From: a virus
Taxonomy: Duplodnaviria; Caudoviricetes
Reading direction: 5' to 3' (one strand)
Length of the DNA: 28,053 bases
Virus record (IMG/VR): IMGVR_UViG_3300027672_000060
Span: 1 to 28,053 of that record
The notes below the pieces were generated by a model. The model saw only the letters and a program-made list of their open reading frames with translations, made no database searches and was not told where the DNA came from. This document shows positions 7,771 through 15,464 of the stretch, piece by piece. How positions within the stretch are numbered: position 1 is the first letter of the stretch; the number at the start of each line of letters is the position of its first letter. The translations under genes were made by a program, and so were the position numbers.

Positions 7771-8360
7771 AAATACTAAATTTATATGCAGGAATAGGAG
7801 GTAATAGGCATTTGTGGGGAGATGAACACGAAATCACAGCTGTTGAATATAATGAAAAGATAGCTAATAAGTACAGAGCTTTATACCCTAATGATAAAGT
7901 TGTAGTTGCTGATGCTCACGAGTATTTATTAGACCATCATAAAGAATTTGACTTTATTTGGAGTAGTCCTCCTTGTCAATCTCATAGCACTACAAATTAC
8001 TTTACACAGTATATAAGAAAAAGACCTGTTTATCCTTTGATGAATTTGTATCAAGAAATAATATTTTTACAGAATTTTTACAAAGGAAAGTTTTGTGTAG
8101 AAAATGTAGTTAGCTACTATAAACCTTTAATAAAACCTGTGAAGATTGGAAGGCATTACTTATGGTCTAACTTTAATATAAATAAGATAGAACAGCCTAA
8201 AGATGATGTAGGAACAATGATGCCTAAATATGGTAATAAAGCTTGTAAAAAACCATTAGAAGAAAGAAATGCAGTAAACTCTGAATTAGGTTTAAATATT
8301 TTAAACTCAGCATTAGGAATTATTAATGAGTGTAAAGTAGAACAAGATAAACTATTTTAA
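7767..8360 (+). CDS. Compact C5-cytosine DNA methyltransferase-like protein
   Basis: Motif I LYAGIGG, motif IV SPPCQ, motif VI ENV, motif X-like RNAV. Confidence 0.8.
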   Translation: MKILNLYAGIGGNRHLWGDEHEITAVEYNEKIANKYRALYPNDKVVVADAHEYLLDHHKEFDFIWSSPPCQSHSTTNYFTQYIRKRPVYPLMNLYQEIIFLQNFYKGKFCVENVVSYYKPLIKPVKIGRHYLWSNFNINKIEQPKDDVGTMMPKYGNKACKKPLEERNAVNSELGLNILNSALGIINECKVEQDKLF

Positions 8361-8926
8361 TGACTGAAATTTATTTAGAAATATCAAAGCTTTCAGATAA
8401 GTTTCGGACTATGGCTTTTGGACTAACATCAGATGAGAATGAAGTTAATGAATCAGTACAAGAATTAATGCTTTATTTTCTACAAGCAAATCCTGAAGTA
8501 ATTAAAAATATTTTTGAGAAAGACGGAATACTAGGGATCACAAGATATGGTGCAGTAGCATTAAGGAGAGCTTTAACAAGTCCAAGAAGTAACTACTATT
8601 ATAAGTACAAAAAGTATTACACACATATAGACAGTCTAACAAGTGCAGTTACTTATGATGAAATGGATTCAGGAGAAACAATACCATCTAAGCACCTTTA
8701 CAACTTGCCTAACGAAATAACAAGTAGTTATCAATGGACTAGCCTAGAAAAGATAGATAGTGCCTTAGATGGCTTTACTTGGTATGATAAGAAAGTCTTT
8801 ATGCTTTATTACTATGAAGGTAATACATTAGACAGCCTGGCAAAGAAAACAGGAATTAGTAGGAATAGCTTATTTACTACAATAGACAAAGTGCGAACAG
8901 AATTAAAATATAAGCTAAGTGAATAA
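8360..8926 (+). CDS. Phage-encoded sigma70/ECF-like factor (late transcription)
   Basis: Region-2-like N-terminus (ESVQELMLYF) and region-4 HTH (WYDKKVFMLYYYEGNTLDSLAKKTGISRNSLFTTI). Confidence 0.7.
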   Translation: MTEIYLEISKLSDKFRTMAFGLTSDENEVNESVQELMLYFLQANPEVIKNIFEKDGILGITRYGAVALRRALTSPRSNYYYKYKKYYTHIDSLTSAVTYDEMDSGETIPSKHLYNLPNEITSSYQWTSLEKIDSALDGFTWYDKKVFMLYYYEGNTLDSLAKKTGISRNSLFTTIDKVRTELKYKLSE

Positions 8927-9323
8927 GTTTTTTGTACCTAAAGATATATATGAAGATAGGATAAACATCTGTAAGTCTTGCGTTTATTACTTCAAGCCTT
9001 CAGGGCAATGTAAGAGGTGTTTATGTTTCGTAAAATTGAAGGCACGCCTTGCACCTATGGCTTGCCCTCAAAAGTTCTGGGATAAGACTACAGAGGTAGA
9101 AGTTAGAACAGATATACCTGAAGAAATAATATCAGAGATAATTGCTTTATGGCCTGACTTAAAAACAGGAAGAGCTAAAGACCAAACGGCAAAAAAATCT
9201 ATGATTGAGATATACAACGTATTGCATAATACTAACTATTCAACAGGTACTAATTGCGGCTCTTGTATAGCAGCCTGCTTTGATGGAATAAAAAAAATAT
9301 ATAAAGAATACTCTAAGGACTAA
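8919..9323 (+). CDS. Cys-rich hypothetical protein (probable metal binding)
   Basis: RINICKSC...CKRCLCF..K.....CP..W and CGSC motifs; GTG start. Confidence 0.7.
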   Translation: MNKFFVPKDIYEDRINICKSCVYYFKPSGQCKRCLCFVKLKARLAPMACPQKFWDKTTEVEVRTDIPEEIISEIIALWPDLKTGRAKDQTAKKSMIEIYNVLHNTNYSTGTNCGSCIAACFDGIKKIYKEYSKD

Positions 9324-9429
9324 TACTAATTAATATAGGAGTCATACCTACAAAAGCATTTAATTTAACCTAGAGTAGTAGAGGGGGGGTTTGGTCGCCT
9401 CCCCAATACAATTAACTAAAACTAAAAAA

Positions 9430-9600
9430 ATGGAAAGAACATACAAAACAATTAAATGGATATTGAAAGACAATATTAAAAAGAACGTAAAATCTTTATG
9501 GACTTGGAAAGATGATAACTTTACTTGTATCTATGAAAACTATGATGGAGATGATAGAATTTATACTAGCTCTCAACTTTTAAAACTTTTAACAAAATGA
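9430..9600 (+). CDS. Hypothetical protein; probable start at 9430
   Basis: ATG after the A-rich leader AACTAAAAAA. Confidence 0.6.
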   Translation: MERTYKTIKWILKDNIKKNVKSLWTWKDDNFTCIYENYDGDDRIYTSSQLLKLLTK

Positions 9601-9776
9601 TGATATTTACAATAATAGGAATAATTGCAGCAGTATTTTTTTTAATAGTTATATTAATGACTATTGTAGAGGGTAGAATAAAAAGAAAAACTAAAGAAAA
9701 ATTCCTTTGGAAAATGGATAAGGTAGAAACAAGAACAGGAGGACTTGAAAATGATAGGCTAAATGAAAGACAATAG
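9597..9776 (+). CDS. Single-TM membrane protein (59 aa)
   Basis: Manual translation MMIFTIIGIIAAVFFLIVILMTIVEGRIKRK...; ATGA overlap. Confidence 0.6.
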   Translation: MMIFTIIGIIAAVFFLIVILMTIVEGRIKRKTKEKFLWKMDKVETRTGGLENDRLNERQ

Positions 9777-9972
9777 AATACCTAGTTACTATATAGGAAG
9801 TCGTTACAAGATTGAAGCTCGTAAAGTTATTGAAGATTTTGATTTATCTTATAATGTAGGGACTGCTTGCACTTATCTACTAAGAGCAAATCGAAAGCAT
9901 AAAAGCCCAATTGAGTGCATACAGAAAGCAATTAATCATTTAGAGTTTGAACTTGATAAAATAAAGAAGTGA
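9763..9972 (+). CDS. DUF3310-like protein
   Basis: P.YY...IE...I.....YN.G.A..YL.RA..K.....I.KA...L pattern. Confidence 0.75.
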   Translation: MKDNRIPSYYIGSRYKIEARKVIEDFDLSYNVGTACTYLLRANRKHKSPIECIQKAINHLEFELDKIKK

Positions 9973-10721
9973 TTGAATTAAGGCTTGGAGATTGCTTAGA
10001 GGTAATGAAAACAATACCTGCTGGAAGTATAGATGCTATCATTACAGACCCACCATACGGAACTACTGCTTGTAAGTGGGATTCAGTTATAGACTTTGAA
10101 TTAATGTGGGAGCAACTGAATAGAGTCATTAAACCTAATGGTGCTATTGTATTATTTGGAAGTGAGCCATTTAGTTCTGCTTTAAGAATGAGCAATATTA
10201 AGAATTATAAATATGATTGGATATGGAAAAAGAATTTAAAGACAGGTTTCTTAAATGCAAAGAAGATGCCTTTATTGAATAATGAGATAGTAAGTATCTT
10301 TTATGAAAAGCCACCAACATACAAACCTATTATGGAATTAAGGACAACTACAAGGGCGGGTAATAAAAAGCATTCAACATCTACAGATAACTATGGCGAT
10401 TATAGTAAAACCTTTAAAGACAATCAAACAGACTTAATATATCCAAGTAGAGTCATAGAGGGGATTAAATGCGTACACAATAGCTCTGCCGACAAAGTAA
10501 AACACCCAACACAAAAACCTATTGCATTAATGGAGTATCTTATCAAAACCTATACGAACGAAGGCGAAACTGTATTAGATTTCACAATGGGTTCAGGCTC
10601 AACGGGAGTTGCAGCAAAGAACTTGAATAGAAACTTTATTGGTATTGAACAAGACGAAAAGTATTTTAATATAGCAACTGAGAGAATAAATAAGGAAGAA
10701 AAACAATTAAAAATATTATGA
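9969..10721 (+). CDS. Orphan N6-adenine/N4-cytosine DNA methyltransferase (beta class)
   Basis: GDCLE, TDPPY, HPTQKP, LDFTMGSGSTG in beta order; no adjacent restriction enzyme. Confidence 0.92.
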   Translation: MIELRLGDCLEVMKTIPAGSIDAIITDPPYGTTACKWDSVIDFELMWEQLNRVIKPNGAIVLFGSEPFSSALRMSNIKNYKYDWIWKKNLKTGFLNAKKMPLLNNEIVSIFYEKPPTYKPIMELRTTTRAGNKKHSTSTDNYGDYSKTFKDNQTDLIYPSRVIEGIKCVHNSSADKVKHPTQKPIALMEYLIKTYTNEGETVLDFTMGSGSTGVAAKNLNRNFIGIEQDEKYFNIATERINKEEKQLKIL

Positions 10722-10969
10722 CACTATATACTTGCGAATGTGGAAACACTAGAGAACTAGCTAAAGTTACAATAGTTTTTAGAGATGGAAATTGGGAAGC
10801 AAAGGAAGCAGAGTGTGAATGTGGACTATATATGGATAGCATACCAACAGAAGGAATACCATCACTACAAAGGACAGAACCTAGCCTAAGTAAGAGAAGG
10901 GATAACTTATGGGCTGGAGCAAAGGAAAAGCTAGTAGGCGAAAGGGGAATCAATGAATCCTTTGATTAA
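10718..10969 (+). CDS. Hypothetical zinc-ribbon-like protein
   Basis: Two CECG motifs. Confidence 0.65.
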   Translation: MTLYTCECGNTRELAKVTIVFRDGNWEAKEAECECGLYMDSIPTEGIPSLQRTEPSLSKRRDNLWAGAKEKLVGERGINESFD

Positions 10970-11352
10970 TGAAGTTTGTAATAAAGGACAGTAGAGATAA
11001 GCAAAGCCTTTTCAGTTACCTAAAGGAATTAGATAACGATTACATTGTTAGCGTAAAGAAACAAAGAAACACTCGTAGCAATATGCAAAATAGTTACTAT
11101 TGGAAATGTATCGTACAAGGACTAGCAGAAGAACTAGGATATTTTCCTGATGAAATGCATGACGTACTAAGAGCTAAGTTCTTATCTGAATATGAAATGA
11201 TAAGTATTAACGATAAGCAAATAGCATTAAATAAAATAGGAAGTACAACAGCTTTAAATACTAAAGCCTTTGAAGTATATACAGAACAAATAAGAGTATG
11301 GGCTATAACTGACTTAGGAATAAGACTAATGCTACCAAATGAATACCAATAA
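10969..11352 (+). CDS. NinB/DUF1367-like protein
   Basis: RS..QNSYYW...LA...G....E.H..L...F and STT.L....F..Y.EQI..WA motifs. Confidence 0.7.
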   Translation: MKFVIKDSRDKQSLFSYLKELDNDYIVSVKKQRNTRSNMQNSYYWKCIVQGLAEELGYFPDEMHDVLRAKFLSEYEMISINDKQIALNKIGSTTALNTKAFEVYTEQIRVWAITDLGIRLMLPNEYQ

Positions 11353-11365
11353 ATTCTATTATATA
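11336..11365 (+). promoter_or_regulatory. Late promoter motif copy 1 (upstream of terS)
   Basis: CAAATGAA-N10-TTCTATTATATA, with ATG 2 nt downstream. Confidence 0.8.
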
Positions 11366-11367
11366 AT

Positions 11368-11721
11368 ATGGAAACAGAACAAAAGAGGACACAGGAGGGT
11401 AAAAAGAAGCTACTAGCTGCACTAGAGATGTCATTAGGTATAGTAACTGAAGCTTGTGAAAAAGCAGACATTACAAGAAGCAGACACTATGCTTGGATGC
11501 AAAGTGATGAAGTTTATAAGAAAGCCGTAGATGATATAGATAGTAAATTTATTGACTTTGCTGAAACAAGTCTTAAAAAACAAATAAAGGAAGGTAATAC
11601 AACTGCTACTACTTTCTTCCTAAGAACTAGAGGACGTAAGAGAGGTTATAATGAGAAGCAAGAAATAGACTTGACTTCAGGAGATGAAAGAATTAAAATA
11701 AATATTAATCTTGGTGATTAA
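11368..11721 (+). CDS. terS: Terminase small subunit
   Basis: HTH (GIVTEAC....ITRS.HY.W), AET.L...I.EGNT.A..F.L.T.G.KRGY; directly upstream of TerL. Confidence 0.8.
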   Translation: METEQKRTQEGKKKLLAALEMSLGIVTEACEKADITRSRHYAWMQSDEVYKKAVDDIDSKFIDFAETSLKKQIKEGNTTATTFFLRTRGRKRGYNEKQEIDLTSGDERIKININLGD

Positions 11722-13042
11722 AGCTGAACTATTAGAAATTAATCCACAATTTACGCCTAAGCAAAAGGAGTGCTTAAAGTATCTATTTGACGATAAGACT
11801 AAAGAGGTTTTATTTGGAGGAGCAGCAGGTGGTGGTAAGTCTTGGGTTGGTTGTAGTTACTTAATTACTATGTGTCTTCAATATCCAAAGACTAGATACT
11901 TAATGGGTAGGAGTAAATTAGATGCTTTAAAAAAGACTACATTAAATACATTCTTTGAAGTATGTACTGAGTGGAACTTAAAAGCTATTAAAGACTACAC
12001 ATTTAACGGCTCAAGTAATGTAATAACCTTTTATAATGGCTCTGAGATAATACTAAAGGACTTGTTCTTATACCCATCAGATAGAAACTTTGACTCATTA
12101 GGGTCGCTTGAAATAACAGGAGCTTTTATTGATGAAGCAAATCAGATAACTGAAAAAGCTAAGAACGTAGTAGCTTCAAGACTTAGATACAAGCTAGACG
12201 AAAACGACTTAATCCCTAAGATGTTAATGACTTGCAACCCTGCTAAGAACTGGGTATATTCTGAGTATTACAGACCTGCACAAGACAATACAATAAAGCA
12301 CTACAGGAAGTTTATTCAATCTTTAGTAATAGATAATAATTATATCTCTAAGCATTATGAAACACAGCTATCTCAATTAGATGAATTAAGTAAGCAAAGG
12401 CTATTATTCGGAAATTGGGAGTATGACGCAACAGCCGATAGTCTTATTGACTACAATTCTATAATGAGTATGTTTAGTCAAAAAGGAATAGAAGGTGATA
12501 AATACATTACTTGTGATGTAGCACGATTTGGAAGCGATAAGACAGTTATAATGCTTTGGCAAGGGTTACACATTAGATATATAAGAACTATCCTTAAATC
12601 GGCTGTAAATGAGGTTGTGGACGAGATTAAGAAACTACAACAAGAGAATGGAGTTAATCTTAGGAATATCATAGTAGATGAAGATGGAGTCGGTGGTGGG
12701 GTAAAGGATTACTTAAGATGTCAAGGATTTACAAATAATGCTAGACCGATAAAAGGTGAGAACTATCAAAACTTAAAAACTCAATGCTATTACAAATTAG
12801 CAGACCAAATAAACAAAGGACAAATTGGAGTAAGTTGTTCAGATGTAAATGTTAAGAATTACATAACTGAGGAACTAGAGCAAGTCAGGACTAAGGACGC
12901 AGACAAAGATAATAAACTACAGATAATACCAAAAGATACAGTAAAGTCTATTTTAGGACGTTCTCCTGATTATGCTGATGCTTTAGCTATGAGAATGTTT
13001 TATGAGATAGATAGTAACTTTGGAAGGTATTTCGTGCAGTAA
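11711..13042 (+). CDS. terL: Terminase large subunit
   Basis: Walker A GGAAGGGKS, Walker B FIDEA, motif C TCNP, nuclease DVARFGSD, SPDYADAL. Confidence 0.95.
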   Translation: MVIKAELLEINPQFTPKQKECLKYLFDDKTKEVLFGGAAGGGKSWVGCSYLITMCLQYPKTRYLMGRSKLDALKKTTLNTFFEVCTEWNLKAIKDYTFNGSSNVITFYNGSEIILKDLFLYPSDRNFDSLGSLEITGAFIDEANQITEKAKNVVASRLRYKLDENDLIPKMLMTCNPAKNWVYSEYYRPAQDNTIKHYRKFIQSLVIDNNYISKHYETQLSQLDELSKQRLLFGNWEYDATADSLIDYNSIMSMFSQKGIEGDKYITCDVARFGSDKTVIMLWQGLHIRYIRTILKSAVNEVVDEIKKLQQENGVNLRNIIVDEDGVGGGVKDYLRCQGFTNNARPIKGENYQNLKTQCYYKLADQINKGQIGVSCSDVNVKNYITEELEQVRTKDADKDNKLQIIPKDTVKSILGRSPDYADALAMRMFYEIDSNFGRYFVQ

Positions 13043-13070
13043 ACTAAAATCAACTAATTTCTATTATATA
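13040..13070 (+). promoter_or_regulatory. Late promoter motif copy 2 (upstream of tail operon)
   Basis: TTCTATTATATA at 13059-13070; degenerate upstream element TAAACTAA one base further away. Confidence 0.75.
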
Positions 13071-13074
13071 GTGT

Positions 13075-13674
13075 ATGAAAGTTAAAATTAAAAAAGGAAG
13101 TAAATCAAAAGAGTTCAATTTAATCAATAGTTGGTCGGATGTTACGTTGGAAACTTGGCTAAAACTTATTGACTTTGAAACAGGAACAAAGACAGAAGAA
13201 GCTACAGAAACAATAGCAGCACTTTCTGACATTCCTAAGCAGTTAGTAAAGGAGTTATCCTTATCAGATGTAGCTGTTATAATGAGTAAGATAGGCGAGC
13301 TACAAGCTAAGCAAGATACTAAGCTAAAAAGGATAATAGAAGTAAATGGTGTTGAGTACGGATATCATCCACAACTTTCAGAAATTACATTAGGTGAGTA
13401 TGCAGACATAGAGCAGTTTATTAAGAACGGAATAGAAAATAATTTACCTGAATTAATGGCAGTTCTTTACAGACCTATTAAAGAAAAGAAAAATGATATT
13501 TATATTATAGACTCCTATGATGGAGATATACGACTCAGAGCAGAAGAGATAAAACAGATGTCAGCAGAACAAGTGCAAAGTGCATTGGTTTTTTTTTACA
13601 ATTTCGTGAAGGAGTTGTCGCTGATTTTGCCATCATATTTGATGGAGAAGCAGAAGGAAATGAAACAGCAATAG
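13075..13674 (+). CDS. Tail assembly chaperone (gpG-like short form)
   Basis: W.D.TL..W; ITLGEYADIE; LMAVLYRP; ALVFF encoded over a T9 slippery tract. Confidence 0.65.
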   Translation: MKVKIKKGSKSKEFNLINSWSDVTLETWLKLIDFETGTKTEEATETIAALSDIPKQLVKELSLSDVAVIMSKIGELQAKQDTKLKRIIEVNGVEYGYHPQLSEITLGEYADIEQFIKNGIENNLPELMAVLYRPIKEKKNDIYIIDSYDGDIRLRAEEIKQMSAEQVQSALVFFYNFVKELSLILPSYLMEKQKEMKQQ

Positions 13675-13838
13675 CAACTGAAGATTTTGCTAGCAAGTGG
13701 GGATGGTTCGGAGTTATGCACAGATTGTGTGGAGAGGATATAAGTAAATTAGAAAGTATTACAAAGCTAAGTCTTTTAGAATGCTTGACCTGGCTAAGTT
13801 ATGAAACAGATTTGAACTCACAAAATAAAGTAAAGTAA
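13590..13838 (+). CDS. -1 frameshift extension of the tail chaperone (gpGT-like C-terminus)
   Basis: The -1 frame is open from the T9 tract (13589-13597): FFLQFREGVVADFAIIFDG...KWGWFGVM..L...LTWLSYETD; its stop at 13838 abuts the next ATG. Confidence 0.75.
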   Translation, partial: FFLQFREGVVADFAIIFDGEAEGNETAIATEDFASKWGWFGVMHRLCGEDISKLESITKLSLLECLTWLSYETDLNSQNKVK

Positions 13839-14387
13839 ATGGTTAATAATAAGACATATAATAACGTAGTAAATACTCTTCTTAGATTAGGTGAGTATCA
13901 CAAGCAAATTGAATCTACTTCTGTAGGAAATATATTTGACATCAATCTTGAAAAGATGCAGAAATTTCCCTTACTACATATTAACCCTACAAACGTAGTA
14001 ACTGGAGAAAGTCAATTGACCTATAACTTTCAGATCTTTATTATGGACATGGTAACAGAAAAGGATAACTGGACTAAGAACTTTACAAACGCTAACTTTC
14101 CTAAATTAGTAAAAACTTTAACTAATGAGCAAGATGTATTTAATGAAACTTTACAAATTGTAACTGACTTCATTGGAATGCTTAGACACAGTACAAGACA
14201 ATCATTAGCAGGAGTTGATGATATTAATTTCCCTTTATACTTTACGGAAGATCAATTTACTATTGAGCCTTTTGAAGAAAGATTCGATAATCTTTGTTGC
14301 GGATATGTATTTAATATTGGTATCTTAGTTATGAATGACTTCCAGACTTGTGAAATTCCAGTAGATACTAATGGAGCAGGATATTAA
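13839..14387 (+). CDS. Putative tail terminator/completion protein
   Basis: FPLLHINP, YNFQIFIMD, EPF.ERFDN...G pattern; context in the tail operon. Confidence 0.6.
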   Translation: MVNNKTYNNVVNTLLRLGEYHKQIESTSVGNIFDINLEKMQKFPLLHINPTNVVTGESQLTYNFQIFIMDMVTEKDNWTKNFTNANFPKLVKTLTNEQDVFNETLQIVTDFIGMLRHSTRQSLAGVDDINFPLYFTEDQFTIEPFEERFDNLCCGYVFNIGILVMNDFQTCEIPVDTNGAGY

Positions 14388-14458
14388 TGAAATGGAAGTT
14401 AAAATGGCTAACAGTAGAAATAGGATGGAAAAAATTTAAAATAACAATTAATTTATAA
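14387..14458 (+). CDS. 23-aa basic/aromatic micropeptide (MKWKLKWLTVEIGWKKFKITINL)
   Basis: TAATG coupling; fills the gap up to 14463. Confidence 0.4.
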   Translation: MKWKLKWLTVEIGWKKFKITINL

Positions 14459-14462
14459 AAAT

Positions 14463-14909
14463 ATGGCAGACTTAGTAACGACAATATCAGAAACAGTAAC
14501 ACTTAATGGAAGCCTTAGAGGCTCAGTTAATTCTTTAACTACAGCAGGAGTTAATGACGTATTTGAAAGGATAGTAACCTGTACGGCATCAGTAACTACA
14601 ACAGTAGCAGTATTCGATACGCTACCATCAACATCAGCAGGAGCTATTGATGTAGATAGGACTAGATACGTTCGAGTAACAAACTTGGAAACGGCAGTAG
14701 ATATTGAGCTAGCGGTACAGACTACTACATCAAGTTATACAGTAACAGTAAGAGCAGGAGGTTCTCACGTTCTATATTCAGGTGATGTAATTGCTTTAGG
14801 TCAAGTAGGCGCTCCTTCTTTTGGAACTATGTTAAACTTAGCTTCTTTACAAGTAAAACCTACAACAGCGGTTACTGCTAGAGTTGAAGTATTTGTTGGA
14901 GTAGAATAG
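14463..14909 (+). CDS. Putative virion structural protein (beta-rich)
   Basis: Thr/Val/Ser-rich, YVRVTNL motif; in the late operon. Confidence 0.55.
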   Translation: MADLVTTISETVTLNGSLRGSVNSLTTAGVNDVFERIVTCTASVTTTVAVFDTLPSTSAGAIDVDRTRYVRVTNLETAVDIELAVQTTTSSYTVTVRAGGSHVLYSGDVIALGQVGAPSFGTMLNLASLQVKPTTAVTARVEVFVGVE

Positions 14910-15457
14910 TGAAAACTAAAAATATAGAAAGGTACTTAGAAAGCTTTGGGAAACAGGTAGTAAAAGATTCAAGAGATCTATTGCAAAATGCAAAAGGAAG
15001 TACTTCTTTAGGTAATTCAATTAGATTTACAGTAACAAAAGAAGAAGGTGGTTTTTCTACAAAGTTCTACATGGAAGAATATGGACAGTTTTTAGATAAA
15101 GGAGTATCTGGAAATAAAGTAAAACAATCATATATAAACTATGATGGTCAAAAGAAATCAAGTCCAGGAAAAGGATATACAACCAAAGGTCCGCCAATTG
15201 ATATATTATCTAAATGGATTAAAAAAAAAGGAATAAAACCAAAAGGATTTAAAAGAGGAAGGTCAAAAGATACAGGGCAATTTGTTTCAGGGTTTGCTTT
15301 TTTAATAAGTAGGAAAATAAAAAGAGAAGGAATTAAGAGTCTAAGCTTTTTTCAGAAACCTTTAGGATTACAATTTAAAAAGTTAGAAAAAGATTTTCTT
15401 AAAATATTAACGTTAGATATAAGAAATAATCTTGTAGAATTTTATAGACCAAAATAA
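14909..15457 (+). CDS. Putative neck/tail completion protein (HK97 gp10-like, basic)
   Basis: L.NSI, M..YG.F.D.GV, PP...L.KW...KGIK, I.R.I...GIK...FF motifs. Confidence 0.6.
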   Translation: MKTKNIERYLESFGKQVVKDSRDLLQNAKGSTSLGNSIRFTVTKEEGGFSTKFYMEEYGQFLDKGVSGNKVKQSYINYDGQKKSSPGKGYTTKGPPIDILSKWIKKKGIKPKGFKRGRSKDTGQFVSGFAFLISRKIKREGIKSLSFFQKPLGLQFKKLEKDFLKILTLDIRNNLVEFYRPK

Positions 15458-15464
15458 TTAAATA

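Noticed and set aside
9391-9429. TTG-start N-terminal extension of the 9430 ORF, and similar upstream starts at 4074 and 6934
   Set aside because: These overlap a hairpin or upstream genes; downstream ATGs at 9430, 4098 and 6982 have better context.
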